The notes below the pieces were generated by a model, which searched no databases, was not told the DNA's origin, and saw only the letters and a program-made list of their open reading frames with translations. DNA of 63,476 nt, filler included, from Octopus bimaculoides (Eukaryota): assembly GCF_001194135.2 (NCBI RefSeq). It is 6 parts of 5 records of this genome, joined end to end, with 100 filler letters (N's around TTAATTAATTAA, not from the genome) between each part and the next. Parts side by side here need not be neighbours in the genome. Positions count along the whole stretch, not along the records: positions 22,343 to 35,687 come from NC_068994.1; positions 35,788 to 54,231 come from NC_068982.1; 4 more parts are not named here. The stretch is one strand, 5' to 3'. Both the position numbers and the translations under genes were made by a program. Shown in pieces: positions 27,030 to 40,889 of the stretch. The stretch's first letter is position 1, and every line of letters starts with the position of its first letter.

Positions 27030-27425
27030 AAGAGGTTTACTTCCCAACTACATGGTTCCTGGTTCAGATCCACTGTGTGGCACCTTGGCCAAGTGTCTAC
27101 TATAGTCTCGAGCAGACCAAAGCGTTGTGAGTGGATTTGGCAGACGAAAACTAAAAGAAGCCCATTGCATACATATATATATGAAAGAAGTCCGTTGCAT
27201 ACATATATATGTGTGTGTGTGAGTGTGTGTTTGTGTGTGTGTGTGTGTGTGTGTTTAGGGGAAGGGGCTGTGTTTGTCCCTGTAAACTAGCGGTTCGGCA
27301 TGACAGACCGATAGAATAAGTACCAGGCTTAAAAAATAATGAGTACTGTCGTAGATTCATTCGACTAAAAATTCATCAAGGCGGTGCCCCAGCATGGTCG
27401 CAGTCTAATGACTGAAACAAATAAA
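27030..27425 (+). mobile_element. SINE family A, near full length
   Basis: Head, microsatellite and tail in the order seen at 2628-3085. Confidence 0.85.
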
Positions 27426-27435
27426 TAAATGAATA

Positions 27436-27482
<47 letters not shown>

Positions 27483-27510
27483 GAAGAAGAAGAAGAAGAA
27501 AAATAATAAA

Positions 27511-28068
27511 TGCCCGGATGCAGTACCAAGCAGTGGCTCTCATGGTTTTTGATCTTAATTGATTGGAAGTGTAATCATGTACATTGTTTTGTCTTGGTAT
27601 AAAAAATGGGCTACAGCAAATATTCTGCTCAATACCACAGATTTGCTTGTCAGTTGTTTGACCTTAACCAGTTGAGCATGTCCCTTGGTGGCTGACGATA
27701 TGTGCATCTCTGATCATGAGCAGAAGTAGTGGGGGAGCATCATAACCATGTGTTGAGAGGAGTTCTTTGGGGCTTGAATAATTCACCTTTGGAAACATGG
27801 ATGTTTTGCTCAATATCCTTAAACAAACCTTATTCAGGGACCTTTTGAGCGGGATGGGCTACTCGACCTGAAGAAAATTCTAACTGGGCCCCACCTTCGA
27901 GGTCATGCGCTGTTTATTTTGATATGAGACTACTATATCGCGCACATATGGTTGTGATGGATGTGCCTGGTGTACCCTTATCAGACGGGTAATCATGATG
28001 GGTATATTGGGCTTTGTATATTTTACCCCAGTGTCACTTTGATGGCATGCACTGCTCTCTCACTCAAT
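27511..28068. mobile_element. About 560-bp complex element embedded in (AAT)n, probable non-autonomous retroelement
   Basis: Sharp-edged non-coding block with AAT-type tracts on both sides; single copy in this window; resembles an abundant octopus repeat from memory (unverified). Confidence 0.5.
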
Positions 28069-28069
28069 C

Positions 28070-28101
<32 letters not shown>

Positions 28102-28279
28102 TGTAAGTTTACGAAAAGTTATATTCTATTGAGCAATGCAGAAATATAAACCGTGGAGATGTCTTTAACCAACGGGCAAAACTGAATCAAGACCGTGACA
28201 CGGGTAGAACTGTAACATTATGTAGGGGACGGTAAGTTGGAGGTGGGGTTGATGTAATGAAATAAGGAGACAGAGGCAA

Positions 28280-28596
28280 GGTGATAGTTATTGTGGTTGT
28301 TCTAGGTTCATGTTGTGGTAGCGGGTCTGGTGGAAGGGGTGATGACGGTGGTGTTGGGCGTGGGATTGTTTGGTGTAGCGATAGAGTATGTATGGTGGAT
28401 GTTGTGGTGGTGGTGGTGGTGGTGCATGTGATGATGGTTGGTGTTTTGGTGGTAGTAGTGGCGAGTGTTGTTGTGATGATGGTTGATGTGGTTTGGTGGC
28501 GAGTGGGGTGGTGATGGTGGTGGTGTGGGTGATGGTGGTGGTGTGGGTGATGGTGGTGGTGTATGTGGTGGTGATTGTAAGTATATTATTGGTGGG
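28280..28596. repeat. Degenerate (GGT/GAT)n trinucleotide tract
   Basis: Direct reading; similar tracts at 34100-34480 and 37130-37600. Confidence 0.9.
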
Positions 28597-29101
28597 NNNN
28601 NNNNNNNNNNNNNNNNNNNNNNNNNNNNNNNNNNNNNNNNNNNNNNNNNNNNNNNNNNNNNNNNNNNNNNNNNNNNNNNNNNNNNNNNNNNNNNNNNNNN
28701 NNNNNNNNNNNNNNNNNNNNNNNNNNNNNNNNNNNNNNNNNNNNNNNNNNNNNNNNNNNNNNNNNNNNNNNNNNNNNNNNNNNNNNNNNNNNNNNNNNNN
28801 NNNNNNNNNNNNNNNNNNNNNNNNNNNNNNNNNNNNNNNNNNNNNNNNNNNNNNNNNNNNNNNNNNNNNNNNNNNNNNNNNNNNNNNNNNNNNNNNNNNN
28901 NNNNNNNNNNNNNNNNNNNNNNNNNNNNNNNNNNNNNNNNNNNNNNNNNNNNNNNNNNNNNNNNNNNNNNNNNNNNNNNNNNNNNNNNNNNNNNNNNNNN
29001 NNNNNNNNNNNNNNNNNNNNNNNNNNNNNNNNNNNNNNNNNNNNNNNNNNNNNNNNNNNNNNNNNNNNNNNNNNNNNNNNNNNNNNNNNNNNNNNNNNNN
29101 N

Positions 29102-29163
<62 letters not shown>

Positions 29164-29559
29164 TGTTCTTTAGTTTGTTCAAGTTATAGCGTCTCAAGCC
29201 ATACTCGAGCAGTGTCTCCGAACGTGTATTTAAACACACACACACACACTCACGCTTGCAAACAAGCACACACATATATGCATGTCTGATTGCATGTATG
29301 TATATAGATATATATAGTTATGGTTTATCATTTTAATATAAGCGATATTAAGCCATTATACTCATGTAGACACTAATTTGATTTTAAAAAGAAATAAACT
29401 TTCTGGCATGGTTGGAAGCTCTGTTTCTCCACTCTCTCCTTCTTTCCCTCTTTCTCTCTCTCTCCTCCTTCTCCTCTCTCTATATAGTATTAGTACATAT
29501 ATACATGCATATGCATGTATGCATGTATGTATCAATAAATCAATCAATAAATTAATCAA

Positions 29560-30075
<516 letters not shown>

Positions 30076-30444
30076 TCTCTCTAAACGTTCTTCATCTTGC
30101 TGTTCGTTCTACAACCACTCTGCTTCCCCGCCATCAAAAGGTCGTAGCCAGTTAGACCAGCAAATAGAGTTCTGGCTCCAGAAAAGAAGCTAAAATTCAA
30201 ACAAACTGTCAAAGCATCGCAACACAACAAACAGACAGTTGAGTACAAACAAAAATGATGGATAAACGTAATTAAGTCTCTCTCAAACACCGCCGTCTAC
30301 CGACAGTCTTTGGTACCAACAATACATGGCTGGCCTGCTGGATGGTTGGTTAGCTGTTTGGTTCATTGCTAGATTAGCTGATTGGTTTTTGTGAGAGCGT
30401 GTGTAAGCAAATTGATGTTATTTGTTGTTATTTTTGTTGTTTGG

Positions 30445-30650
30445 ACCCAGGCCAGCCATGATCAAGTAGACCTATGATCATAGGCATTTCAGCTATGATC
30501 ATCCTGAAATTTTTTAGACATTATATATCGAGGACAATATTATCCAATGTATTCTTGCTTTTCTGTTTTTTTTTTCAAAGTCTTTACTGTATGATTTGAA
30601 GGACGCTTTGTGGCTATTTCTAGCATGCAGGGTGAAAATTCCATCCTTTA
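30445..30650 (+). repeat. Dispersed repeat family E
   Basis: agacctatgat core and gctatttctagca segment shared with 36935-37110 (+) and 52330-52490 (-); related pieces at 9890-10110 and 62521-62590. Confidence 0.55.
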
Positions 30651-31019
30651 CTTTAGACATGGGATGTCTTGGACAAAATTAACCGATGTAGACTTGTAGT
30701 TTTCTGAAGACTATACTGTGTGGTTTTAATGCAATTTGGTTGCTATTTCTAGAACATCGAATAACTGCTGGAAGTAATGACTGTAGAGAGAGAAAGAAGG
30801 ATCCGAGAATGACATGGATTGACTAATAGACGGCTTTTAATAGGGCTTACCGTACGTAGAATATGTAAAACATTAGTCATAAGTAAGATAGCTTCAATGA
30901 TAAAACATAAAACAATGGCAAACAATTCTGAAGTTAGAGATGAAAGAGAGAATTATAAAAACTAAATCTTCTTTTAGCTTTTCTGCGTAGTGAAAGTTAC
31001 TTTAACCAAAATGATAAAC

Positions 31020-32510
31020 TAGAATAGATTTAAATACAAATACTACGGATAACCTGATGCTGTACGAGCTGCCGATAGTACACAGCTAGAAACACTACAA
31101 CAGATAGTACACAGAGTTAAAAGAATTGACAAGACATTTGGGCATGAAAATGCGCCAAAGAAACCTTGAGAAGAGGCAAATAAATTTAAGAAACCTAATA
31201 TATTGTTCGATAGAGAAACTGAGTTAGGAAAATTGGAAACTGAGATAAGAAAAGCCACAGCCTTACAGATATTAGGAATCAGTGCACAACAGACACACAA
31301 ACGAAAAAACCCCCCGAAAAACAAGAAACAAAAAGATTAGAGAAGAATATGATTCCTTATAATCATATTTAAACAAACCAAAGACAAAAACTTAAGGTAA
31401 CCGGTATCACTACTCTAGCACTAGTGATAAGCTGTAACTAAGATATTTTCTACTATGACTGCTCAATGAATGAATAAATACAAGATGTAGACAAAAATGA
31501 TGATAGTGTTTAGACTGCACCACCCAAAATCTGTCATAGAAAGATATTTATCTCGAATACAGGGAAGCATGGGCCGTCTATTACACGAAAGCTATTGTAA
31601 AATGTCCAGCTGGACTGCAGAATATAAAGAATAATAGAAAATTAATACAATTAGCTACAAAACACGCGCAAAAATCGTTTTATGTCTTTAAGGAAGTCAA
31701 CAAATGTGAAACAGGGTCTGAAACAGACAGTTGTGAGAAGAAAAGAAGCAACAATAGAGAATGTGAAAATATTAAAAACTAAACATGGTACTACAAAATG
31801 CTACGTTAAAGTAAAGAAAAGAATTCGTACACCACCAATACATGAAGAATCTAAACAGAATGGAAATAGAAGAAAAATTACAGTACTGGATGGGAAATAC
31901 AGAACTTAAAGTTGTTATTGAAGAATTCTTTTTGTGGCAAATGATAAATACTTCCACACTAGAAACCATCAATGTGCAATGGTTCAGAATACATTACTAT
32001 AGAATATGTGGTGACTGAGAAGAAACAATTGCTTCTAACGGTCAGAGAAAGAATTGAAGGCTTTCATACATAGGAAATGATGCCAACATCATGAAATATC
32101 AACCGAAAAGGAATTGTGAAAGCATAAACGAGAATAAGTCTCAAAGAATGACAAAGTGGCCATGTTCTGAGACATTCTAATCCACACAGACCCCGGGGAT
32201 CAATGATAATTAACCAGACATTGTTCTAAAGGACCACCAGGAAAGGAAATGTCCTCAGTCGTAGCATCAGTCCCAACAGGCAATAATAGATCTCTTAAAG
32301 AAATGAGGGTGGGGGCGCGGAATTATCAAGATGTAAAGATGTGAAAATAACGATAAACAGACTACTGAAAACTGAAACAAATCTCTATAATAATAGGGGT
32401 CTTGGGTATGATTAAAAACCATACAGATAATAATGTAACCCAAACCACAGGACTTACAAATATACACAACATACTGATAACACAACTAGGCAATGCACAT
32501 ATGATCACTT
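31020..32510 (+). mobile_element. Heavily decayed R4/Dong-clade LINE 3' part
   Basis: KMMIVFRLHHPKSVIERYLSRIQG (thumb motif, cf. HHPKADVERLYLPR.EGGRG); PDIVLKDHQERKC; ISIIIGVLGMIKNHT...GLTNIHNI...GNAHMI. Confidence 0.65.
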
Positions 32511-32884
32511 TTTATACAATAGAAGATAGTAAACCTAAACAAAACGCATGCGCACTGTGCATATGCGTAAAGCGCACGGAGCTATGCTCGGTAGTGCAGA
32601 GACAGCACACAATAAAATTAGGACTACTGAAACAAAACAAAAACAAAAGAATAACGATTACAATGATAATAAATCATAGTCATAATAATAGTGGTGATAA
32701 TAATATGTTTGTGTTATGAAACTGCATAAGAGAAATCTATAATAATTGGTAAAGGCGTGGTTAAAATAATATTGTTGAAAAGAATAGAATCTTTCTGATT
32801 CAATATAACCAAACAAGAACCCTAGAAAATTGTCCAGCTGGGAAATAGAATTCTCTTTGAAGGGCCTTCTTTTGTATTTTGATG

Positions 32885-32921
<37 letters not shown>

Positions 32922-33240
32922 NNNNNNNNNNNNNNNNNNNNNNNNNNNNNNNNNNNNNNNNNNNNNNNNNNNNNNNNNNNNNNNNNNNNNNNNNNNNNNN
33001 NNNNNNNNNNNNNNNNNNNNNNNNNNNNNNNNNNNNNNNNNNNNNNNNNNNNNNNNNNNNNNNNNNNNNNNNNNNNNNNNNNNNNNNNNNNNNNNNNNNN
33101 NNNNNNNNNNNNNNNNNNNNNNNNNNNNNNNNNNNNNNNNNNNNNNNNNNNNNNNNNNNNNNNNNNNNNNNNNNNNNNNNNNNNNNNNNNNNNNNNNNNN
33201 NNNNNNNNNNNNNNNNNNNNNNNNNNNNATATATATATAT

Positions 33241-33460
33241 ATACATGTATGTACATACCTTCATCTACATGTACATATAGATACATATCTGGGTACATGA
33301 CGTTGCAAAAAAAAAAACATGGACAAAATGATAAACAAGGTACAAAAAACAAGCAGGCCACATAGAGAACATATCCTTCATCAGCTGCCACCATTAAAAC
33401 ACTGGCGTTTTGAAGAGTTAGGGCAGGACGCATCGTTAAAATGGCCTTTGGCGCTAGCTT
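33241..33460. repeat. Dispersed repeat, possibly Penelope-related; first 70 nt recur inverted at 39489-39558
   Basis: 64 of 70 positions identical by eye between 33241-33310 and the reverse complement of 39489-39558. Confidence 0.6.
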
Positions 33461-33748
33461 TTCAGCAGTTACCAAGCAGAACGAATCGAGCAAAGATTTT
33501 AACCCTAGGTAAATAGTGAGGGATATAGTGAGACCTACTGATGAGAATTAAGGGAGGTAAGCTCTCAAAATTTGAAATCATTTGATCCAGGGATATCTAT
33601 CTATCTATCTATCTATCTGTGTTTGTGTGTATACATATGCATGTATAAGTATGTAATATGTGCGCATGCACACACACACATACACACATACACATACACA
33701 GAAACAAACACACACACACACACGTTTGATTTCGTTCTTGCTCTACAA

Positions 33749-33845
33749 GAGCGAGAGCCAGAAAGAGCGAAAGAGAGAGAGCGAGAGCCAGAAAGAGCGA
33801 AAGAGAGAGAGCGAGAGCCAGAAAGAGCGAAAGAGAGAGAGAGAG
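33749..33845. repeat. 30-bp purine-rich minisatellite x3 (gcgagagccagaaagagcgaaagagagaga)
   Basis: Direct reading. Confidence 0.9.
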
Positions 33846-33887
33846 AGAGACAACGAGAAAGAGAGAAAGAGAGAGAGACAACGAGAA

Positions 33888-33918
<31 letters not shown>

Positions 33919-34583
33919 CATTGAGAAAGAGAGAAAGAGAGAGAGAAAGAATGAGAGAGATTAAGAGAGAAGCATGCGTAGTAGATAAGGGCAGACCAAA
34001 AGATGCTTTGTTAAATGCTACCAAAATGTGAATCAATATCTCATATTCATGCGTACGAGATCGTCTGTATTAAAGTACACGCTGTTTGGCAATGAATATA
34101 GATTGTAAAGATGGCGGCGTAGGGTTGTGGCGTTCTATGGCGTTGCGGTGGTGTTGTAATTGAGCGTGGAGATGTGGTGTTATCATGGTGTGTTATGGTC
34201 AAGTGGTGTGGACTTGCAGCGGAGTGGTGGCGGTAGGCAGGTGGTAGTGTGGTGACGTAGTTGTGTGGCGGAGTGTAGTGGCGCTGTGTGATGGGATGGT
34301 TGCNNNNNNNNNNTTGTTTGTGGTGGTGATACTAGTGGCAATGGTATTGGTGTTGGTGATCATGTTGGTGGAAGTGATGGCGGTTGTGGTGGTATTTGTA
34401 GTTTTACTGGTTGTAGTGGTGGTGTTGGTGTTGGTGGCGGTGGTCGTGTTGGTGGTTTTGCTGGTGGTAGTGGTGTTAAGAACACAACGAACCACTCGGT
34501 CTTGGAGTTGAAACTACGATACCACGATCGTGAATACGAAATCCATGTATCTGTTATTCAATCCATAATATCTACCCATCTCT

Positions 34584-34688
34584 GTACGTACGCACGTACG
34601 TATGTATGTACGTACGTACGTACGTACGTACGTACGTACGTACGTACGTACGTATGTATGTATGTATGTATGTATGTATGTATGTATG

Positions 34689-34743
<55 letters not shown>
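34584..34743. repeat. Compound (TACG)n(TATG)n(TATC)n tetranucleotide array
   Basis: Direct reading. Confidence 0.95.
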
Positions 34744-34744
<1 letters not shown>

Positions 34745-34940
34745 GCAGCTGGCAAAAACGAGTAGTACCTACCTGTATGTTAAAGGGCCAGCCTTGTCAC
34801 ACTCTGTGTCATGCTAAATCTCCCTGAAAACTACGTTAAGGGTACACGTGTCTATGGAGTGCTCAGCCACTTGCACGTTAATTTCACGAACAGGCTGTTC
34901 CATTCATCAACTGGAATCCTCGTAACCGACGGAGTGCCAG
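34745..34940 (+). mobile_element. SINE family C 3' tail with a variant upstream segment
   Basis: cagctggcaaaaacgagtagtacc then aaagggccagccttgtcacac...gtaaccgacggagtgcca. Confidence 0.8.
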
Positions 34941-35009
34941 ATTTTAGTCATTGTATGTATGTATGTATGTATGTATGTATGTATGTATGTATGTATGTAT
35001 GTATGTATG

Positions 35010-35044
<35 letters not shown>

Positions 35045-35687
35045 ACATACATACATACATAACATACATACATACATGCATGTATTCATACATATATGCA
35101 TGCATATACACGCCTATATACATATTCAAGAGAAACTACCTAATGGTATGTGATATCTGGTTAAACAGCCAAAAGTGAAGTCTATTAAGTAACATTTCAC
35201 AAGAGAATAGCTTAAATACGGACATCAAGGTTTGGTTATGACAGTGGTCGTGATGGAGGGGATACAGCAGTGACCCCTTAAGTGTGTTGTGCCGAGCTAA
35301 GAAGATAGTTCCAAGCATTAAATCATTTTTCTTGAAATAATCTTAAGGATTCGCGTGAGAGCTGAGAAAATGTGAAAGCTAATGCAAATTACAAGTTGTC
35401 ATGCGCAAGCTGACACACATACAAACAAATACATCTTTATGCGTATCGTGTGAGAGTGTGTGCGTATGTACGTGTGTGTGTGTGTGTGTGTGTGTGTGAG
35501 TGTGTGTGCATATAAACTCGTATATATATATATATATATATAATACAGAATGGGACAAGAACATCCAGATGGACGATACAAAGAAAACACGGACAGGTCA
35601 TTCGGAATTTTCTTTCTTCAGTCGAGATCCAGATTATCCTTGCAATTTCGGATGGTATACATATATATGTATATATATGTATGTATA

Positions 35688-35787
35688 NNNNNNNNNNNNN
35701 NNNNNNNNNNNNNNNNNNNNNNNNNNNNNNNTTAATTAATTAANNNNNNNNNNNNNNNNNNNNNNNNNNNNNNNNNNNNNNNNNNNN
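35688..35787. other. Synthetic 100-nt scaffold spacer
   Basis: 44N+TTAATTAATTAA(35732-35743)+44N. Confidence 0.95.
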
Positions 35788-35814
35788 CCCCTTTCTGAAT
35801 TGTAAAAAATGTGT

Positions 35815-36196
35815 GTTGGCACTCCGTCGCTTACGACGTCGAGGGTTCCTGTTGATCCGATCAATGGAACAGCCTGCTTGTGAAATTAACGTGCAAGTGG
35901 CTGAGCACTCCACAGACATCTGTACCTTTAACGTAGTTCTCGGGGATATTCAGCGTGACACAGTGTCATAAGGCTGACCCTTTGAATTACAGGCACAGCA
36001 GAAACAGGAAGTAAGAGTGAGAAAAAGTTGTGGTGGAAGAGTACAGCAGGGTTCACCACCATCCCCTGCCGGAGCCGCATGGAGCTTTTAGGTGTTTTCG
36101 CTCAATAAACACTCACAACGCCCAGTCTGGGAATCGAAACCGCGATCCTATGACCGCGAGTCCGCTGCCCTAACCACTGGGCCATTGTGCCTCCAC
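35815..36196 (-). mobile_element. SINE family C, full length
   Basis: Minus-strand head ggaggcacaatggcccagtggttagggc (A box)...ggtttcgattccc (B box). Confidence 0.9.
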
Positions 36197-36764
36197 GGAG
36201 CAGGAATAACCTGGGTCTAAGCAACAACTCAAACCACCACCACCACCATTACTGTCACCACTGCCGCTGCCACCACCACTGATTTATGAATTATGCCACA
36301 ATTTTGTGCTTTACTGGAAAGGAAATTTATATCAACTCAATATATAATCCATGATGACTTCATTAATAAACCTCATGTTCTCGGCATAGGACTTCCCTGG
36401 TAGAATACAAGGCTCAGCCTTTATTGTTTTTTTTTTTTTTAATGCTTTCTTCAAGGTGAAAAGAGCAGCATCCAATGATACTTTATGGGTGATGGTTTGA
36501 AAAGAGGAAGCTGTTCTAAATTGTAAAGCTGGAGAGTCAACACACATGCATTAAGTCTACCATCTTGCCTTTCTTTATATGTTGGTTGGCCACAGCCACT
36601 TCTGAGAGGCTGTAAAGGACAAAAATATACAGAAAGAACAATTTATACCTGGTACTTGACTTCTGCTTTTTAATGACATCCATACAACCATGGGCTCAGG
36701 AACAGCGGGTGCAGGGGGTGCAAGTGCACCTCCTAAAATTCTTGTGGGTGCAAAATTCAAAATT

Positions 36765-36922
36765 TATATACTCTTTACTCTTTTACTCTTTTACTTGTTT
36801 CAGTCATTTGACTGTGGCCATGCTGGAGCACCGCCTTTAGTCGAGCAAATTGACGCTAGGACTTATTCTTTGTAAGCCTAGTACTTATTCTATCGGTCTC
36901 TTTTGCCGAACCGCTAAGTTAC
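36765..36922 (-). mobile_element. SINE family A 3' half
   Basis: (ctctttta)n...gagcaccgcctttagtcgagcaaat...gccgaaccgctaagttac. Confidence 0.85.
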
Positions 36923-37649
36923 ATTCCTACTCCAACAGACCTATGATGAAAGGTGTTAGCACTGTAATCATCCTGCCTGCTTTTTTTCACAGATACAGTG
37001 TATATAAGGTGATATTAAACTAATGTACCTAGCTTCATTTTTATAGAGAGTTGGTGTGGGTTGAGGGAGATTTGGTTGCTATTTCCAGCAGGTCAGACAA
37101 CCACACTCCACACTGAAGGCTTTCTTGTTTGGTACATAACATAGTTCATTGTGCTGTTGGTATGGGTGATAGTTCATAGTAGTGAAGAGAGAAGTAATAG
37201 TGGCGATGGTTGTGGTGGTATTGGTGGTGGTAGATTCATAAATGGTGGTCGTAGTGATGTTGGGGATGGAATTAGATGCAGTGTGGCTACTTTGTAATAC
37301 CAAGTGATGCACTGGATTTTGGTGATATTATGGGGCCTATGGTATTGATTTTGGTGATGGTGGTGGTGGTGGTGGTATTATGATGATATAGATAGCAGTA
37401 GGATGCTAGTGGTATGATTTTTGGAAGTCGTAGTTCTAATAATGGTAGTTGGAGTGTTATAAGTGAAGGTTTGGAGTGCGTGGAATTGTCTTTGGTGGTT
37501 ATTTTGGTGCTGATGTACTAGTGGTATGGTGCCAGTGGTAAACAGGGTGGTGGTAGTTGGATTGGTGGTATAGGTGATGGTATTATGCGAGTAAAATCAA
37601 TGTTTAATGCTATTTGTTCAACAGAAGAAAACAATTTTATAAATAGACT

Positions 37650-37981
37650 GAGATGTGGCTGTGTGGTAAGAACTTTGCTTCCCAACCATATAGTTCTGGG
37701 TTCAGTCCCACTGCATGGCACCTCAGACAAGTGTCTTCTACTATAGCATCAGGCTGACCAAAGCCTTGTGAGTGGATTTGGTAGATGGAAACATACATAC
37801 ATATGTATGTGTGTGTGGGTGTATAGGAAGTTTGCTTCTCATCAATATGGTTGTGGTTTCAATCCAACTGTGTGGCGCCATAGGCAAGTATCTTCTATTA
37901 TAATTTCAGGCCATCCAAAATCTCTGGATGGAAACTGAAAGAAACTCATTGTATATTTATGTATGTGTTTATGTGTGTGCA

Positions 37982-38014
<33 letters not shown>

Positions 38015-38620
38015 GTGTGTTTATGTCTCTATTGGGTCTGCCTTTGTTCCCCACCACTGCTTGATAACCAATGTTTTTGTTTCTGTCTTCATTCATCACT
38101 TAGCAGTTCACCAAAAGAAAACCAATAGAATGGGTACCGGCCAATTCGTTTGACTAAAATTCTCCAAGACAGTGGTGCCTCAGTATGGCCACAGTCTAAT
38201 GACTGAAACAAGTAAAAAAATAAAACATAGTTGAAAATAAATGGGTTCAGTCCCACTGCATGGCACCTTGGGCAAGTGTTTTCTACTATAGCTTCGGGCC
38301 AACCAAAGCCTTGTGAGTGGATTTGGTAGATGGAAACTGAAAGAAGCCCGTCGTATATATATATGTGTGTGTGCATGTGTTTGTATATGTTTGTGTATCT
38401 GTGTTTGTCCCCCCCCCACCCCAACATCGCTTGACAACTGATGCTGGTGAGTTTACATCCCCGTAACTTAGCGGTTCAGCAAAAGAGACCGATAGAAATA
38501 AGTACTAGGCTTACAAAGAATAAGTACTGGGGTCGATTTACTCGACTAATAAAAAGGCGGTGCTCCAACATGGCCACAGTCAAATGACTGAAACAAGTAA
38601 AAGAGTAAAGAGTAAAGAGT
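37650..38620 (+). mobile_element. Cluster of SINE family A pieces (head 37650-37790; inverted piece 37850-37945; tail 38030-38225; near-full 38240-38620)
   Basis: Modules match other A copies; the 37650 copy has lost all alignable CpGs. Confidence 0.8.
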
Positions 38621-39444
38621 AATAGAAATAAAAGCCCATGGAGTGAGTGTTAAAGATTTAAGTGAAAACAGCAGCAGCAGCAGCAAAGTCAGCAACTGCA
38701 GCAATCAGACAGTCTTCACAATCAGCAGCAATAACAAGAGTGGAAGGTGGTGAGGCAGAGGATGGTGGTGAGGATGTAGTGAGAGGTGGTTAAGGATGAT
38801 TTAGGTTGACACTTTGCTGTTGTTAGTCGCCATGCTGCCAGTGCACCCTGAAGACTGGCATTAAGTATGTATTAATAAGTGATATCGAGGAAGCCAGGCT
38901 AAGGATCTGCTAATCCACAGTCAATTCTCTCGTATCAGGGATGAATATTGGAATACAGAGAAGAGCAAAAAGAAAAATGCGGAGGTGGGTGTGGAGGTGA
39001 ATGCTAAAAGCGAGAGGGGGAGGGGAGAGAGAGGGATGGGGAGAGGGGGAGAGAGGGAGAGAGAGAGGGGGGGNNNNNNNNNNNNNNNNNNNNNNNNNNN
39101 NNNNNNNNNNNNNNNNNNNNNNNNNNNNNNNNNNNNNNNNNNNNNNNNNNNNNNNNNNNNNNNNNNNNNNNNNNNNNNNNNNNNNNNNNNNNNGGGGGGG
39201 AGGAAATCAAAGCAACTCAAACTAGAAAGTCGGTTGTGAGAGTGCAATGGAGGATTGGAATAAAAAAACAAAACAAAGTCAGCAAAAAAAAACAAAAAAC
39301 AAAAGTAAGATATAAATACACACACACACACACACACATGCAAATATACACAAATATACACATGCATACATATATATACATATGCACACACAGATGCATA
39401 TACAAACATACATATATATCCACACACTCATACATACACACACA

Positions 39445-39497
<53 letters not shown>

Positions 39498-40723
39498 GTC
39501 CTGTACCCAGATATGCATCTATATACACATGTAGATGTAGGTATGTACATACATGTATGTATATATGCATATACTCACATATTATTTGTATTATATATAT
39601 ATATATATATTTATATGAATTATAGGAGAAGAAAAAGAAGCTGAACAAAGAAACAAGAAACAACAATGATACCACCAAAACCTGCACAACCGATATTACA
39701 AAATACACCACCACCACTACCACTACTGTTACAATAACAAGTGGGAAGAGCCCCTCCCATCATAAAAAGTAAAGTGGAAAAAGAGAGAAAAATAATAAAA
39801 GTACAAAAATAAGAAAAATAATGACCATTGCAACATCACAAATACACATATGCACGCACATACATATACATATACATACACATGCATATCCATACACATT
39901 CACAAAAAGAGAAAGACGACTCTCAGAATGATATTCATATAAGTGATCAATTGCCATGATTCCGGTGGAATAGGTAATTCCTCTCTGTCTGTCACTCTCC
40001 TCTTTCTCTTTCTCTCTCTCTTTACCTCATTGTATATGCACTAATATAGAAGAATGAGAAGTAATGTTTACCGTTTTTCTGTCTAAATCAATCTGCTATT
40101 TATTTCCTCCAATTAGTCTGCGACAGAAAACCAGGAAGACAAATCAAAGAGATGTTAAATTGTCTGAACAACTCCCTTTATTGCTAAACAGTTAACATCT
40201 TTCATTAGTGTCGGGTTGTAAATCCAAGGTCCCCCATGCCAACGGTGGCACTAATCGGTGCTCGTAATAAATGGAACCGTTCTACATTCAACTATTCACC
40301 TCTGTCTCCTTGTCTTTCTCAAATATCTTGAAGGAGAAGTTAATTTATTTCTGATTAACATTGACGTTCTGTTAAATCCACTTCAGAATAATAAAAAAAA
40401 AAAAGACTTTATGGAGCATATAAAGACAGAAGTAAAAGAAAGAAATATATCATTCAATAAAAAATTGACAGAAAATTCTGTATGTGTTTGTAAGTATGTA
40501 TGTATGTGTGTCTCTGTGTGTGTGTGTGTGTGTGTAAGGCAAATCAAAAGTAAAAACAAAAACTAAAAAATTAGGACATACACAGTAAGTGTAAAGAAAA
40601 AAGGGTAGGGGTGAAGTTTCATGCATGGCTCTTCTTCAGGAAGAGGAAAGAGAAAAGGTCCAGAGAGAAGGAAAAACAGTCCAAGAAAAGCACATGTATG
40701 GTTACATGGCTGAAGTGATACAC

Positions 40724-40754
<31 letters not shown>

Positions 40755-40889
40755 TATGTGCATGGTCACAAACACTCACACACACACGTGCGCATGGTCA
40801 CAAACACTCACACACAATCATGTGTGTGTATACCTTATTTTTACTTGTTTCAGTCAATGAACTGTGGACATGTTCACCTTGAAACCTTT

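Noticed and set aside
28281-28596. Gly/Val/His/Pro-rich ORFs suggesting a structural protein
   Set aside because: All six frames are low-complexity products of a degenerate (GGT)n tract; similar tracts occur at 34.1 and 37.1 kb without gene structure.
33380-33420. Minus-strand cttcaaacgcc...gctgatgaagg as a permuted hammerhead
   Set aside because: GAAA is incomplete and the stems do not pair convincingly.
35815-36196. tRNA-like heads (here and at 45408, 54140, 57752, 59815 and in families A and B) as tRNA genes
   Set aside because: They continue into SINE bodies, lack a proper acceptor stem, and the anticodon-loop sequence varies among copies; no anticodon can be assigned.
36332-36450. AEPCILPGKSYAENMRFINEVIMDY resembling an L1/Tx1 RT motif
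   Set aside because: Only one short motif with no supporting neighbours; too weak to call.
36993-37008. Strong acceptor ctgctttttttcacag with a 16-nt micro-exon
   Set aside because: It lies within dispersed repeat E.
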